In this document: positions 14,326-29,600 of the stretch, piece by piece | Layout of the letters: each line of letters begins with the position of its first letter | Position numbering within the stretch: position 1 is the first letter of the stretch | Origin: the human T2T-CHM13v2.0 reference genome, Homo sapiens | Length of the DNA stretch: 64,000 bases | Strand: one strand, 5' to 3' | Assembly: GCF_009914755.1 (NCBI RefSeq) | Contig: NC_060940.1 | Notes under the pieces: model-generated | Seen by the model: only the letters and a program-made list of their open reading frames with translations | Told to the model about the DNA's origin: nothing | Databases searched by the model: none | Made by a program: the position numbers and the translations under genes

Positions 14326-17300
14326 CCTTAGGGATCATTTTTAAGGGACAGCTGACCTGCGTGTCCTGCAGCTAAGGCCATGTATAAACTGCAACCAGTA
14401 ACTATTGACTTTGCATCCTCTAGCTCCTTCCTCATATTAGGTTTGCATCCAGTGTTTCCAATTTAAAAGAAGAAAAAACAATAACACGTGACATCGGGGG
14501 GAAAATGAACTAGTCTATATCAAGGTTCCAGAACATGTTTTATGGTTCATTTACATACCCAGGGTTCCATGGCAGCAGGTGTCATGAAAGCTGACCACAA
14601 TTTTAATGATCACCACTTTAAGGATTTAGAAGGCATGTCCTAGCGTCATCTTAGAAAGACAGGTGGCAGAGTACAAATTCTGGAGCCAGATTGCTGGGTT
14701 TCAAATTGCCCCTGCAGCCTTCTAGCTGTGTGACCTTGAGCAATTTACTTAACCTCTCTGGGCCTTCAGTTTGCTCATCTATGAAAAGTATGCTGATATA
14801 GCACCTATCACAGGTTTTCATGAGGATTAAATAAATTAATACAGGGAAAGTGCCCGGTGCTAGGCATGCTATACACTTTTTATCATCTTTACTATTAGAC
14901 AGGGTAAAAGTTTGGAAGGGCAGGAAGTGTGCCTGCTTTGCTGATTATTATTAATATATTGCCAAGCTCTTACATAGTTCCTGGCATACAGTAGGTTCTC
15001 AATAAATACCTGTTGAATGAATAAATGAATGAATAACTATGAATATAGATTAACTTAACATTGCAGAGAAGCAAAAGGCTGGTTAACAGTTTTGAATGTA
15101 CTTAGGGTTTACTGCAGAAAATGAATCAGGTGATGTAATCCAGGGTAATTGGAAATTAATTTGGTGTTCAGTGTGTGGGAGAGATCTTTTTGGGACCATT
15201 AGCTGCCTGAGAAGAGGGTTTGTGCCAGAATCTTCCACATAAATCCAATTCAGTTCAACATAAATTTAGTGATGCTCAACCATGTACCAGAGCCTGGGTC
15301 AGGCTCCCAGAGTACAAGATCTGTTCCTTAGGCTCAAGGTGCTGAGAACTTGCTAAATAGATCATCCCAAGGCAGCATGAGGCATCATTTCAAAATCCCT
15401 GTTCCTTTCAATGGCACCGCGTTAGATTTTGCAAACTCAAATGATGACAGGGCCTGGGCAGGAAATATAAATGTGTGGGCATGCCATGTGGGCACTTCCG
15501 GTGAGCAGGATATCGCATGCCCCATTGCAGGAGGGTGGTCACCATTTAGCTCCACTTGGTAGTTTCCCATGAGAGAATGACAGCCAACTGTGGTCAGGTC
15601 TTCCAGTGTTTCAGGAGAGGCTTGCAAGCAACACAGTTACACACCCCATCCCAATACACAGTGTGGTCCATGGGTTGCAGGTTTGAGACCTCTGCTTTAC
15701 CAGCCAACATCCAAAATCTTTGCACAACCCACAAGGTACCTCCCGCACCATCAGCTCCCTTCTGCAACCCCTGCAAATGCACCTTGCCACTTTATTTTAG
15801 GAGCCATTGCCTGAACGTGCAACACACTTTCCTACCTCCATAGCATTGCATGGGCTATTTCTTCTGCCTGAAATACCTTCCCCACCCACAATCCTTTGCC
15901 TAGAAGACTTTAGTTTTAAAGCCTTCTCTGATCTCAATGCATTGAGTTAAGCACCTCACTGGCCAGAGTATTTAACACATTTTTATGATGCTATTCTTCA
16001 AGATCTTTATCACCCATTCACTGGGAGCCCCTGGAAAGCAGGGACTGTATCTCTTTACTCTAAACCTTGAGGACTTATCACAGGGCTGTCAAAGAGTATG
16101 CACTCCATCAATGTTTGTGGGATGAAAGAGTGATGGATGGATGGATGAACGGATGGATAGATGGATGGATGGACTCCCCAAGGCTCTCTCTGTGTGACAT
16201 CCATCTGTTTGCTGTCATTTTCATGGTGTTCCCTTATATGTGTGATGACTGATCACACCCCTTTCCTCTGCTTTTTTCTCTCTAAATCCAGTGTCTATGT
16301 AGCTTCTTGGGCACTCCTTTCTGTTACCTTCTATAATAGCTATTGAATCAAATTCCCCACTTACTGACTTGGGCGTAACACTTAAGTCAGTTTTCTCATC
16401 TGTGCAATGGGGACATCTTTCCAAAGCGTTGTTAAGAAGACTGAGTAATTTAATGTGCGAAATCATCTGTACCATGCTTGGCATGGAGTAGATGCTCAGA
16501 AATAGAATTCATTTCCCTATTGAATGTGATTGACAGTTTCACTCTTAGAACACTTTTCCCTTGTTGAAATGAGGAAAGATTAAGAGCTCCGAGAGTGAAA
16601 CCAGACTTCATGGGGTTGAATTCCAGGTTTGCTGATTCCTAGTCTTGTGACTGTGGCTAGGTTACTTAAACACTCCATGCCTCAATGTTCTTTATCTGTA
16701 AAGTGGGGATGGTAATGCCTATCTCATATGATTCTTGTGGGAATTAAATACATTAACACAAATAAAGTGCTTAGAAGAGCACCTGGCACATGGTGATGCT
16801 CAAATGTTATTTTGGTTGTTCACCAACCCAACCTAAGTGAGGAGCATTTTGCCTTATTCATCAAGCCCACTCAGGCCAGCTTCCTTCGCTTTCTTTCCAT
16901 TGCAAATAGTGACTCCCTAATGTGTTCAGGCACCTTGCCACAGGTTGCAGATGTCAGTAAACCTGAAGAACCAGTTTCTGCCCTCCTGGAGGCTCTAGCC
17001 TGGCAGAGAAGCCAGATAGATACTCAGAGAGAAGCTCCATGAAGGAATAAGACAGTAAGCTATGGGAGCACTTAGGAAGAGGGAAGAAATCTAATATAGA
17101 GGATCATGGAAGGCTTCCTGGAGAAAGCAGCATGTGTGCAGTGATGGGAGCGGGCAATAGGAGCCAATCGAGTGACTGGGAAGCAAAGCATGCCAATAGG
17201 AGGGAACGAAATGTGCAAAGGCCAAGAAGCAAGAGACGGGATGGCTGTTGAGCAGGTAGAAGTTCAGCATAGAATAGAGGTCACAGACCGACTGCTTGTG

Positions 17301-17701
17301 GGGTGCATTCTTTGCAGGGATGGGTGGGGCTAGGAGACAGATGCATCTGTAAGATTTCTGAATTAGTTGCTGTATTTATAAACTGGAGTATTTCATATCC
17401 AGTCCTGGATTTGAGCTTCTTGTGAAAATCAGAAGGGAAGGCCATGCTAGACTCACATTTCCACCTATGGCTTCCGTCCAGTTCACATCCCCACGAGGCT
17501 TCTCTCTTTTATGTCATCTGCTCACCCTCACCCAAGAGAGAGTAGGGAGGGAGGCCTGGCTGGAGACAAGGTAGAGAAGTAACAGTCCCTGATTTCAATG
17601 GCTTTGCAGCCCTATTTGAGTTGGATCTGTTGGGAGGCAATAGGCAGTCATTGAGGGGCATCAAACATTAAGGGGTTTTACTAACAAGAAACTTATTATT
17701 T

Positions 17702-18035
17702 GCCAAGTGCAGTGGCTCATGCCTGTAATCCCAGCACTTTGGGAGGCTGAGGTGGGCAGATAGCTTGAGTCCAGGAGTTCAAGACCAGCCTGGGCAACAC
17801 GGGGAGACTCCATCTCTACAAAAATACAAAAAAATTAGCCAGGTGCAGTGTCAAGTGCCTGCTGTCCCAGCTACTTGGGAGTCTGAGGTGGGTGTATTGT
17901 TTGAGCCCAAGAGGTCAAGGCTGCAGTGAGTGGAGATCGTGCCACTGCTCACCAGCCTGGGCAACAGAGCAAGACCCTGTTTCAAAAAAAAAAAAAAAAG
18001 AAAGAAAGAAAGAAAGAAGAAGGAAATAAAGAAAG
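17702..18035 (+). mobile_element. AluJ with A/GAAA tail
   Basis: Dimer with TSD aagaaacttattattt. Confidence 0.9.
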
Positions 18036-19443
18036 AAACTTATTATTTTTCCCCCAAACCACAGACATCCCTGAAGGGACACAAGGTGGGAGGTGAAGAA
18101 CAGAGGATTCTGTATACCTCAGTGAAACTCTCAAATAGGGATTGGTATGGGAGCTTTTTCATTTATAAAATTTTACAAGAGACAGCAGAAATGCTGAGAG
18201 GTAACAACCTCCCACACAATGCACACCCTCCTCCGCGTCTTGGGTTAGCAGAGGGAAGGTCCCACGGGATCTGGGTGTCCAAGAACATTAGAAAATTCTT
18301 TGGTGCAAATGGCCCAGCTGCCCGCTCCCCAAGGCTACCTCCCTAATGGACATTCTGTTCCACCATGGGACCCACGTTCTCTTGGCAGATGCAGGGTTGA
18401 AGTGGCAGCATCTGTACCAGGAGACGTGGACAGGCAGGGAACAGGCCATGCCCAGAGGACAACGTCTAATTACCCAGGGGCCTCAGGAAGCAATTTTCTG
18501 TGGTTGGAGAAATTGTTTTTTGTACCTCCAGCCCAAGCACACTGCCAAATGACATGTAGGTCAAGGAGGCGTAATTATATGGAAATGGAAATGGTTTTAT
18601 GTTTGGGAACTTCTAAAAACCCACCTCTGCACCCTGGGAGGAGGCACAGAGAAAGCGGCTTCCAACCTGCTCCAGCTGAGTTCAGCGGGTGAAGGTAGTT
18701 TGCTTCCTCATGACTCTGGAGGAGTTTGCTTCTTTTCTGGTTTCAGGACACGTGCCTGCGTGTCACAGAGAAAAAGAAGCAATGCCTTCTCGGCTCAGTG
18801 GTAACGAACGTGGGCGCTGGATCCAGAGCTGATACATACTTGCTGTGTGATGTTGGGCAAGTTACCTACCTTCTCTGTGCCTGTTTCCTCACCTCTAAAA
18901 TGAGACTAGTATTGGGGTACATAATAAGCACCACTGGAATCTTGGCCCCTTTGCCAGTCTCCATCCCATTTTACTCACCCCTCCTGCCCACCATATGTGG
19001 GCTGAAAGAAACCACGGTCTTTCAAGCTCCCTAAACAAACCACACTCACTCCAGCCCCTGGGCCTTTGCCTACGCAGTTCTCTCCTCTTCTAACACTTCC
19101 CCCATCCACTCTGTCTGGATGACTCTTGTCCATCATTTATGAACCAGCTTGTCCAGCCACCAGTGATGATAGGTTAATGCCTCCAGCCTTTGCCTGTAAT
19201 CTTGCCTATGACAAAACACACTAACTTCCTTTTTCCTCTGCGATACCGTTTCCAAGACAGGACAGAGAAAGCGTCAGTAGAAAAAGCCAGCAGTTCTCTG
19301 CCCCACCTTAGAAATAAGAGAACATGGAAATCATAATAGCAGAAGCAGCACTCATAGTGATGATGCTGCTGCTGCTGATGAGACACGATTCTATAACTTT
19401 TTCTTCCAGAAGGGAAGTAATCTTTATAATAAAAAATAATAGC

Positions 19444-19731
19444 GGCTGGGCGCGGTGGCTCACGCCTGTAATCCCAGCACTTTGGGAGGCCGAGGTGGGC
19501 GGATCACGAGGTCAGGAGATCCAGACCATCCTGGCTAACACGGTGAAACCCCGCCTCTCCTAAAAATACAACAAATTAGCCGGGCGTGGTGGCGGGCACC
19601 AGTAGTCCCAGCCACTCGGGAGGCTGAGGCAGGAGAATGGCGTGAACCGGGGAGGCGGAGCTTGGGAGATCGCGCCACTGCACTCAAGCCTGGGTGACAG
19701 AGCAAGACTCCATCTCAAAAAAAAAAAAAAA
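19444..19731 (+). mobile_element. AluY
   Basis: AluY diagnostics (accatcctggctaacacgg, gaatggcgtgaacc), CpG-rich, small right-arm deletion. Confidence 0.9.
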
Positions 19732-19779
19732 GCTTCCATTTAACAATCTCTTATTATAAGCTAGAAATGGGAATAAGTG

Positions 19780-19943
19780 TTTTTAAAAATTATTAATTTT
19801 AAGTTCCAGAGTACATGTGCAGGATGTGCAGGTTTGTTACGTAGATAAATGGTGCGTCACGGTGGTTTGCTGCACCTATCAATCCATCACCTAGGTATTA
19901 AGCCCAGTATGCATTAGCTATTTTTCCCAAAGCTCTCTCTCCC
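19780..19943 (-). mobile_element. L1PA 3' end fragment
   Basis: tacatgtgcaggatgtgcaggtttgttac...; aagtgtttt on both sides as probable TSD. Confidence 0.82.
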
Positions 19944-21269
19944 TCAAGTGTTTTATAAGCAATAGTCATTGCAGCTCCTCTTGCTTTGAAGGTAGATGTT
20001 AATGGACTCTATTTAGAAGGGGATTTAGGATTGGGTTTAGAGACTTGCCCAAGGTTACATAGCTGGTAAGTTAAGAGCTGAAATTTGAAGCCAAGTCTGC
20101 TCAACTCTAACGGATCACTTGTTAGACTTCTATAAGAGGGGGCATGGGGAACATTGTTTTCACTGACACCCAAATCAGATGCAGGACAGAACTTGTGCCC
20201 ACCGGCCTGCTGGTCTACCCCTGACATGGGCATCATTGTTGGGTGCTCCCTACTCAAAGGTGCCCAGACCTTCCTAGCTGCCCCAGGAGGAAGAGGATCT
20301 TCCCTGCCTGCCCAGGGTTTCCTTGAATAAATAGGACACTCCTTGGATGGGCAAGGATGGGTTTCTTTCTTGGCAGAGGGAGCCGCAAGTGAAAAATCAA
20401 GGAAGTGTGAAAGCATGCTGTGTTTGCAGAACTGTAAAACGACAGGCTTGGCTGGCGTGTGGACTGCAGGGAAATGAGGGATGAGAATTCAAGAATCCAA
20501 TGGATAACCTCAGTGAAATTGCTTTGCAAACTCCCAAGGTTGTTGTGGGGACCTAAGGAGATAACGCATGTGAAGTGGTTTTGCAGAGTGGATAAGCATT
20601 AGACAAATGTTAATCATTACGAGATATTTCAGAGGTATCCTGATTGGTATCAAGAGCAAGATAGCAGAAAATTAAAATATCTGCTAATTTCTCTTGAATC
20701 CGCATTCTCATAAGCATTCATAGATGAAGAATTCTAATTTCATTGCTCTCATCTTCTTTTTTTTTTCAGATGAATAGATTGTAATAGATTTCAGAAGCTA
20801 ATAAAAATTTAGCCAATTTCCTGGTCATTATCAATTACACAACCAGGTTTTGAGACGTGGAGTAATATTTTGTTGCCTGCCTGTAAGATCACATCCAGAA
20901 AATTATTCATCAAACTACCTCTCAGATGCATTCTGTCTTGTTTCTTTGTGTGCTCATCCTGACTCTGGGGGCTTTGGGAGGGCAGATGTGTGTCAGTCTT
21001 GTTTAGGGCCACATTCTTAGTCCCTAGCACAGTACCTGACACACAGTAGGAACTTGACAAATATTTGTCTAAGGCAGCATCTGAGTCTAGATGTCATCAT
21101 TTTATACTTGAGTCACTGCAGGGGCTTCTTAGCTCTGTGTTACCAAAGTCATTCTGTTTGTGCTGAAAAACTCAGTATGTGTTCCTTATTCTAGTAAAAT
21201 ACTATTGGTAAAATTAACTAATCCCAAATACTAATGCTGCTAGTAAAGAATCCAAACCTGCAGGTTAGC

Positions 21270-21500
21270 CAAAGTCATCAGGTGGGAAACTAAAATAAGA
21301 GGTGTAGAAATTGGAGAAGGCATAATTGTTCTTATCAGTTTTTTTTTCCAGACAATATAATTGTGTGCTTAGAAAACCCAAGAAAATTAACTGAAAAGTT
21401 ATTAGAGCCAGCAAGAGCATCATCAAGAGGACCAAAGCCCAGACGTATCAGTAATGGCTAGTTAGAATATAGAATGGGAAGAAGATTCCGTTTTACAACG
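21270..21500 (+). mobile_element. Old L1M ORF2 fragment
   Basis: Degenerate L1 ORF2-like sequence (cagacaatataattgtgtgcttagaaaacccaaga). Confidence 0.55.
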
Positions 21501-21501
21501 T

Positions 21502-22229
<728 letters not shown>

Positions 22230-24415
22230 GATTTACAACATTATTAATGCCCATAACCAAGGCAGGCTACATTTGGGGCAGAGGTGGGGAGAATGGTCAC
22301 CTTTCCAACTCTGGGCTGTGCACTCTGTCTCCTGGGTCCCCAGACAGCTCTACATATGTCCGGAGTCTCACAAGATCTCCCACACAACTGTTCTACCAAT
22401 TTCTGGCTCTTTCCAGTGTAAAAAACAGAGCTCAAACCTAGTCCACCCGATGGAGAATTAGATGCCACCCTCATTAACAATTTCAACCTCCTCTCAGAAA
22501 AAACAGTTACTACCTGGTTTGTGGAGATGTATCTTTATCTCCAACATGGACAGCCTTTACCATTCTATCTCCCAGAAGTGGGTGTCTCCACCCCACATCT
22601 CCATTTCAGAAGACAGAGATGACTGCTTTCATGGAAATACTCACTTGACTGAGCTTAGAACCAGAGAACTTCCTTCCCAAAAACACTATTAAAATCCTCA
22701 CCTCTTGCCGCTGTTCAGCAGATGGGAGCATAGGCTCTAGCACCTGCTGCCTGGGTCTGAAGCTTGGCTTTGAGCCATTTAGTAATTTGCCATGTGCCTC
22801 AGTTTTCTCATCTGTAGAATTGGGTAATAGCATCTACTTCATAGGGTTAGAAGGATTAAATTAGTTAATTCAGGTAATGTGTTTAAAACAGTATCTAACA
22901 TGTAGTAGGAACTCAATGTTAATTTTAACTATGGTAAATGACTATTAGTTTAGTGTCTATCATAAAGAAGTCAGCAATCTTACTATCCATGTTTCAGCCA
23001 TGGATACTGTGAAATGAGGGGATGTGGTGGTGGAAAGGCATGAATGCAGTATTTGGCTACTGACTTGGGGCTATGCCATCATGCTGTCAACCCCACCCTT
23101 TCCCCAGCACTGCTCCCCAACCCAAGACTGGGGTTGATGAGCTTCCATTTTTGTTCCATGGTATGCTGGGCTTTCTTTTTGCACGTCATACATCAGTCTT
23201 CACAGTAATGTGATTTACTTCTGCATCTCTCCAACTAGACTCTGCCCTTCCTGAGGGTAGGAACCCAGATTTATTTTCCTTTATGGCACAAGTAGCTATC
23301 ACAATTTACAAACGAAAGAACAATGGAAGGTCCCAGTAGGATTCAGAGGGGTAACTTCATTTTGGAGGTCATTCCTGCCTTTGACAGCTTTGTGTCTATA
23401 TGGGAATGATGAGCCCTGGGTTTGAGATCCAAGAATGTAGCTTCGGTTTTCAGTCCTGCCTACCCGTAGTAGCTTGGGAGAGTCTCTTAACTCTTCTGAG
23501 CTTTCAGTTTCATAATGGATGAGCTCTTTGTAAATTTTAATTCACTTTGCACATTGGTCAGCACTTTATTAACATTAATGGTTATAATTGATGACTCTTT
23601 TTAAGCATTAGGAATAGAGTCTGGCACATAATAGGTGGTCAATAAACATTCACTATGTGAACTGGATTTGGAATTCTAAGTACTCGACTGAAATTGAGCC
23701 CACTTAAGGCTGAGAAAGCAAACCTTGGAAGGAAGGATCTGGAAGAGGAGAAATTTTTTTCAGGGGGATTGTTTCAGCACAATATTCTTTTTAAGGAAGA
23801 GGGAACTCAATTTCCATTTTGTAAGTTAGGTGTGGGGTGTAGAGGAAATTCACCTACCTGTCCTTGATTAAAAATAATCTCAAGTAATTAAAACATCTAC
23901 TTGGGGAGAGGGTAATGGGGATGATGTCGGGAGAATCTTCAATCAGGAAGGAAGACACAGTTCCTTGAAACAGCTGCAAAGACCATGCTGGGAGAATGAA
24001 CAAGGCAGAGTGGTCTGTAGACACAGCATTTTTCTTGTCCTGTGCCCTGAATACCAATGTCTGCAGTGGGCCCAATGGCAAGCACAGAACATAAGCAGTG
24101 ACGTGCAGGCCGGTCGCATCTCAGCTCTGCTGCTCACTGGCTGAATTACCTTGGGCAGGCCACTTTACTTCTCGAAGCCTTAGTTTCCCCATATGCCAAA
24201 TGAGCATGATGGAAGTATCAATCTCACAGGCACTGCTGTAAAGATTAAATAAGGCAACATGGAGCAACATTTTGGTCTAGTGCTTGGCTCAGAGTAAGTA
24301 CTCAAATGGTAATGATGGTGATGATGGTGATGAAGATAGTTATGATCAAGACGTTGTCTTCAGTATTCTTGGAGGCTAGTATGAAGATTACATTTATGGG
24401 ATTAAGAAGGTAGTC

Positions 24416-24429
24416 ATCTATCCATCTAT

Positions 24430-24466
<37 letters not shown>

Positions 24467-24565
24467 CCATCCCTTCCTCCCTCCCTCCCTTCCTCCATCC
24501 ATCCTTCCATCCATCCCTCCACCCATCCCTCCATCCACTTATAAATCCACCCATCCATCCATCCA
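24416..24565. repeat. (CCAT)n-rich simple repeat
   Basis: Directly visible. Confidence 0.9.
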
Positions 24566-26099
24566 ATACCTACCAGGCCCCCTACCATGTGCCAAGGCCC
24601 ACCAGAGGACCCTGGAGTCAAGAGTTGACTTAGACTCCATGCCTACTGTCAAGAGTACACAGTCTAATTCAGCATCTTTTCAATGTTCCTATGCAGAGAT
24701 AAGCCCTTCCTCCAGTCCCCACAGGAATTTAAATGCCCTCACCCCTCACCACCCTCATCTCATTGTAGAACTAGTCTAATTTTATTATGATGATCAATTT
24801 TCCTTTCTACCTAACTAGAGCGTGACTTCTTTTAGGGCAAAAGCCATTTCATGTGCATCTCTGTCTTTCCCTGCATCATTATCCCCTGTAGTCCCTGGCA
24901 CAAAGTAGGGCCTCATGAAATGAAACCTGGTCCTTGATAATGCAGCCTAAAGGGCCCAGGGGAGGATCTACTAGGAAAGCCTTGTCAGTTTTTAAAAAAG
25001 GAACTCTTCTATTGGTTAAATGCCTACTATGTGCCAAGCACTCTATGTATATTACATTACATATTCCCTTCAATAAGATGGGCACTCATCCTTATTTTAC
25101 GGATATGTAGAGGTTCAGAGGATTTAACTATACCCAGCAAAAACTCCAGGTGGAACTCAAATCCAGGTCTTACAGCCCTTCTTTCTTGCAGGAAAGGCAT
25201 TTAGAATGGCTGGAGAGGAGATAAGACAAATAATGTGATGGTGTAAATGGATGTGGAGTGTGTGTGTGTGTGTGTGTGTATTGTATACATAGTCAAATTT
25301 GAGGAAGGCGTGAACATAGCAAACTCAAATTCCTACAGGGGCAAGGCAGGGAACAGAAGCGAGAGAAACAGATCAGGTGTAAGAAAAATCTTTGTGTTGG
25401 TGGAGGGAATAGGGAGAGGCAGAGCCATCCTTCTCTGGCCTGAAGGTCTGTTTTGAGAAGATCCAAGAAGCAACCACCTTTTTCTTCCCTCTTCTGCGAG
25501 CTATGTCTGCCATTTTCAAGATGTCCTTGGAATCTCCACCTTGGACTTGGGGTCATTATTCCCTTTTCCCTGCTAGACACTATGTTATCAGTACTGAATG
25601 CAGTCACAGTGACGATGTCCCTCCGTCACGCTGGCCAGAACTCAATCCCTTTTATTTGTCAAACGACAGTGCTGAAGGTGACCTTTTTCTTCTAGTTTGC
25701 CTCTGTCGGACAGCAGCCCAGCTCAGGCCCTTGTTTTCTCTCTGTTCAGGATTCTTACAGCTGACAGCTAGGTCATTAGCAGGATTCGCCCACTGCTACG
25801 ACTGGGAGGATCACTCTCCACTGTGCCGCGGGCGCTTCCCACAGCCCTCGAGAGCCCGGCACAGACGTCCTTGGTGTCTGAGAACATCATTATCCTGCTC
25901 ATTTCTCTGGGCTGTCTATATTTTATGTGGAGTCTGAAGGTGATGGTGGCTGGGGTGGGAGGAGGATGAGAGAGGGTGGATGTGAACATGGCCTCTGAGC
26001 CGCACTCCTATTGGGTGCCAGGCCCTGTTCTGGGCACCCTGGTGATGATCCTCTCTCTGCCCAGCACCCATTAGAACCTCCCTCTCTTTGCTAAGCCCG

Positions 26100-26650
26100 T
26101 CTCATCTCTACCATTTACTCTTTTCATAGCAGCCAGAGAGACTTTTGGAAAACCCAAATTGGATCATGTCAACCCTTCAAAGGGCTCCTGTGCCTTCTTG
26201 CAGCATGTAAGAAGTCAAATCTCAATTCCCCACCATCACCCACCTAGCCCAGCCTGTGCCTATCTCTTCCCCATCATCTCCTGCCCCTTCTCCCACTTTT
26301 TCATTGTACTCTAACCTCACTGGTCTTTCGTGCCAGCTGATTCTCACCTCTGGGTTACCCTGGCTGTTCCCTCTACGCCTACCCTGGCTGATTCCACCTC
26401 ATTATTTAGGTCTCTGCTCAAACATCACCACTTTGGAACACCCTTTCTTGACCACCCAACCTAATGGAGCTCCCTGTCACCTTACCTCGTATGGTCTCCA
26501 TGGCACATGTCAGTATCTGAAATGGTTTTGTGTGTGCATTGGCTTCCCTGCCTGCTGCTTGTCTCCTTGCTCATGCAGGGACTTCTTCGTATTTTTCTTT
26601 GCTTTCTCCCACTGCCTAGAAGAGTGCTTGGCACATGACAGGGGCTCATG
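26100..26650 (+). mobile_element. L2 3' region
   Basis: L2-like ggatcatgtc...tctgctcaaacatcacc...cctagaagagtgcttggcaca. Confidence 0.65.
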
Positions 26651-27158
26651 GATATGAGCTAAGTGAACACAGTTGATCTTATCACCCTCATTCCCAGATG
26701 AGGAAACTGAGGCTCGAAGAAGGGGAAATTACCTGCTCACAGTCTTGCAGCTAACAACGTTGCAGCACTGAACTCAAGCCCAGGTGTGCCCCATCCCTAA
26801 ACCGTTGTTGCCTCCATGACGTCCTCTGCCGGGAAGAAGGGGTGTTCTGGAAGGGTCGTGGGTGCAGAGGGAGGACACAAGGTGGAACCACGGTCTGTGA
26901 GGGTCAGGAGTGTGGGTCCCTGATTCCTTTAAGGGATGCCCACCCCGACCCTCCTTATGACTCCAACCCTCTTGTGCTCTCTCTCCAACCACTGCCCATT
27001 CCACCACATTCCAGGGAAGACACTGCTTTCTTTCAGGAGGCAGATGATGGTTCTTGTCAGCAGCTCCGTGGAGCTGAACTGTGGTGAGGCTGGAATGCTA
27101 AAAGTTAAAAGCTGCAGCGAGAACAGAACCATGGCCATTCTACACCTTTGGCTGCAGG

Positions 27159-27410
27159 GTGTGTGTGTGTGTGTGCGTGTGTGTGTGTGGTGCATGTGTG
27201 CATCTGCGTGTCTATATGTGTATCTCTGTGTGTGGTGTGTATCTGCATGTATGTCTCTGTGTGTGCATCTCTATGTGTGCAAGTTGATGTGTACTTCTGT
27301 GTGTCTATATGTGTGTGTGTCTCTGCATGTGATGTGTGTCTGCATGTGTGTCTGTGTGGGTCTGCATCTGTGTGTCTGTGTATGCACGCCTGTGTGTGTG
27401 TCTGTGTGTC
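27159..27410. repeat. TG-rich degenerate simple repeat
   Basis: Directly visible. Confidence 0.9.
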
Positions 27411-28088
27411 TGGGTAGAGTCCCCCAGTTGAAATGATGAGGCTGATCGCTTGCTTTGCACTTAGCTGAAAATAGGAAATGTCTGTGGCTGAAAAGCAATT
27501 CCCCCAGCTCTACCCATGTTTGTCAAACAAGTGGAGAAAGAAAAGAAGTCATTAGTGGACACATCAGTTCATACTCTGTATAATGTATTGTCCCAACTCA
27601 GGGTCAATTTACCTGCTTTTACAAGGTGCTGGCCTCCTGTTTCACTCTGCTTGCATCTGGCACCATGCATCCCCCTTCTCCTTTTTTGGTCACTCCAGAC
27701 ACTCTGACCCTCTTGCTGTCGTGATACGTGTGTACCAGTCCCCTCCTGCCTCAGGGTTATGGCACAGCCTGCTCCCTTTGTCCCCTCCGTTCCACTCTTT
27801 CCTTCCATGTCCTTCAGATTTCGATCACTCCTTCTTGAGGGGAGCTTTCCTTGAGTTCTCTTGTCTGGGTCAATTTCTTGAGTGATAGGCTCTCACAGCA
27901 CCAAGTAGCTCTCTTTCATGACTTTTTCTCAGTTGAACTTTTACACTTATTTGGGTTTCTGATCATGCTAGTCTTTCCTCTGTGTGTGTGTGTGTTGTGT
28001 GTAAATGCCACAAGGGCAAAAAAATGGGTCTTTTTTGGTTCACCACGTACCTAGCATGGTGCCTGGTACCTAGCAATGCCAGGCCCAG

Positions 28089-28381
28089 AATGGATGGATG
28101 GATGGATGGATGGATGGATGGATGGATGGATGGATGTGTGGATGGATGGATGGATGGAGGGATGGATGGATGGATGGCTGTGTGGACAGATGGATGGACA
28201 GATGCATGGACATATGGATGGATAGATGCGTGGATGGATGGATGGGTGGATGGATAGATGAATCAATGGGTGGATGGATGGATGGATAGATGGATAGGTG
28301 GATGGATAGATGAATGGATGGGGGGATGGATGGATGGATGGATGTGTGGGCGGATGTATGTATGTATGTGTGAATGGATGG
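28089..28381. repeat. (GGAT)n complex repeat at an L2 tail
   Basis: Directly visible; follows an L2-like 3' end. Confidence 0.9.
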
Positions 28382-28892
28382 CTGGACAAATGAGTCAATG
28401 AATGCAGGTGCATTGTCTGATTGTGCTCTCTGATTTCTCTTCTCATCCTTTTTGCCATGGGGCAAAATGAAAGCACACATTTGAGGTTAAAATTCCTAGC
28501 TTCCTCTCAATGCAGTCCAGCAGGTCATGACCATCACTTAAGAAAAGCACAAGCCATTCTGCTTCCACTTTATAGAAAAACAAAGATCCTGGGTCACTCA
28601 TACAGTAAAATTCCCTCCCTTTGAATTGTACTAGGATCCAAGGTAGTCACCTCCTCCCCACGCCTGACCCTACCATCTTTACATTTCCCTTGGTAGAGGT
28701 GGAGGCTGATCACTTGCTTTGCACTGCTGCACTGCTGCAATGGCCAAATTGCAGCAATGGCCAAAGCACACTGGATTTGGAATCCCAGAGATTTGGGGTC
28801 AAGGCCCAGCTCTGCTGCTAATTAGCTATGTATGCATCCCCGGGGAATTTCCTTTCCCTCTAAGCCTCAGTTTTTCCATCAAGGGCATTGTA

Positions 28893-29015
28893 GGCCAGGT
28901 GCAGGGTCTTGTGCCTGTAATCCCAGAGCTTTGGGAGACTGAAGCAGGAGAATTACTTAAGGCCAGGAGTTTGAGATCAGCCTGGGCAACATAGTGAGAC
29001 CCCATCTCTAAATTA
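28893..29015 (+). mobile_element. Alu left monomer (FLAM/AluJ)
   Basis: Left arm only. Confidence 0.78.
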
Positions 29016-29078
29016 AATATACTTTTAAAAAAGGACATTGTATTAGAACAGTGTTCCCCAGACTTTAGTGACTGTCCT

Positions 29079-29485
29079 ACTGCAAAGGATTGAATGTGTT
29101 CCCCACTGAACTTGTATTTTGAAGTCCTAACCCCCAATGTGATGGGACTAGGAAATGGGGTTTTTGGGAATTGATTAGGTCCTGAGATGGAGCCCTCATG
29201 AATGGAATTAGCGACTTTATAAAAGGGACTCCAGAGGGCTGTCTTCCTCTCTTTCTCCCGTGAGAGGATACAACAAGTCAGGAATCTGCAACCTGGAAGA
29301 GGGCCCTTCCCAGAGCCTGATTGCTCTGGCACCCTGATCTCAGACTTGAGGGGAAAGAAAAGAAGTCACTAGTTTATAAAGCCACTAATTTATAAAGCCT
29401 TCAGAACTGTGAGATGTAAATTTCTGTGGTACATAAGCCCCCTAGTCTATGGTACTTTGTTACAGCAGCCCAAACAGACCAAGAC
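29079..29485 (+). mobile_element. MLT1A/B-type LTR
   Basis: gaagtcctaacccccaatgtgatgg...ctatggtactttgttacagcagcccaaacagaccaagaca. Confidence 0.8.
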
Positions 29486-29600
29486 ACCCACCAACTTTGT
29501 GATTTTTGCTGCATTCTTGTGTCACGAGTACTATCATTTATTTAGCATTTTGTTTGAAAGTGATTTGCCTTTTTTTCCTTAAATTTATACTTTATATAAT

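Noticed and set aside
24416-28381. Complementary (CCAT)n and (GGAT)n tracts 3.5 kb apart
   Set aside because: Both look like independently expanded L2-tail microsatellites; complementarity is expected by chance.
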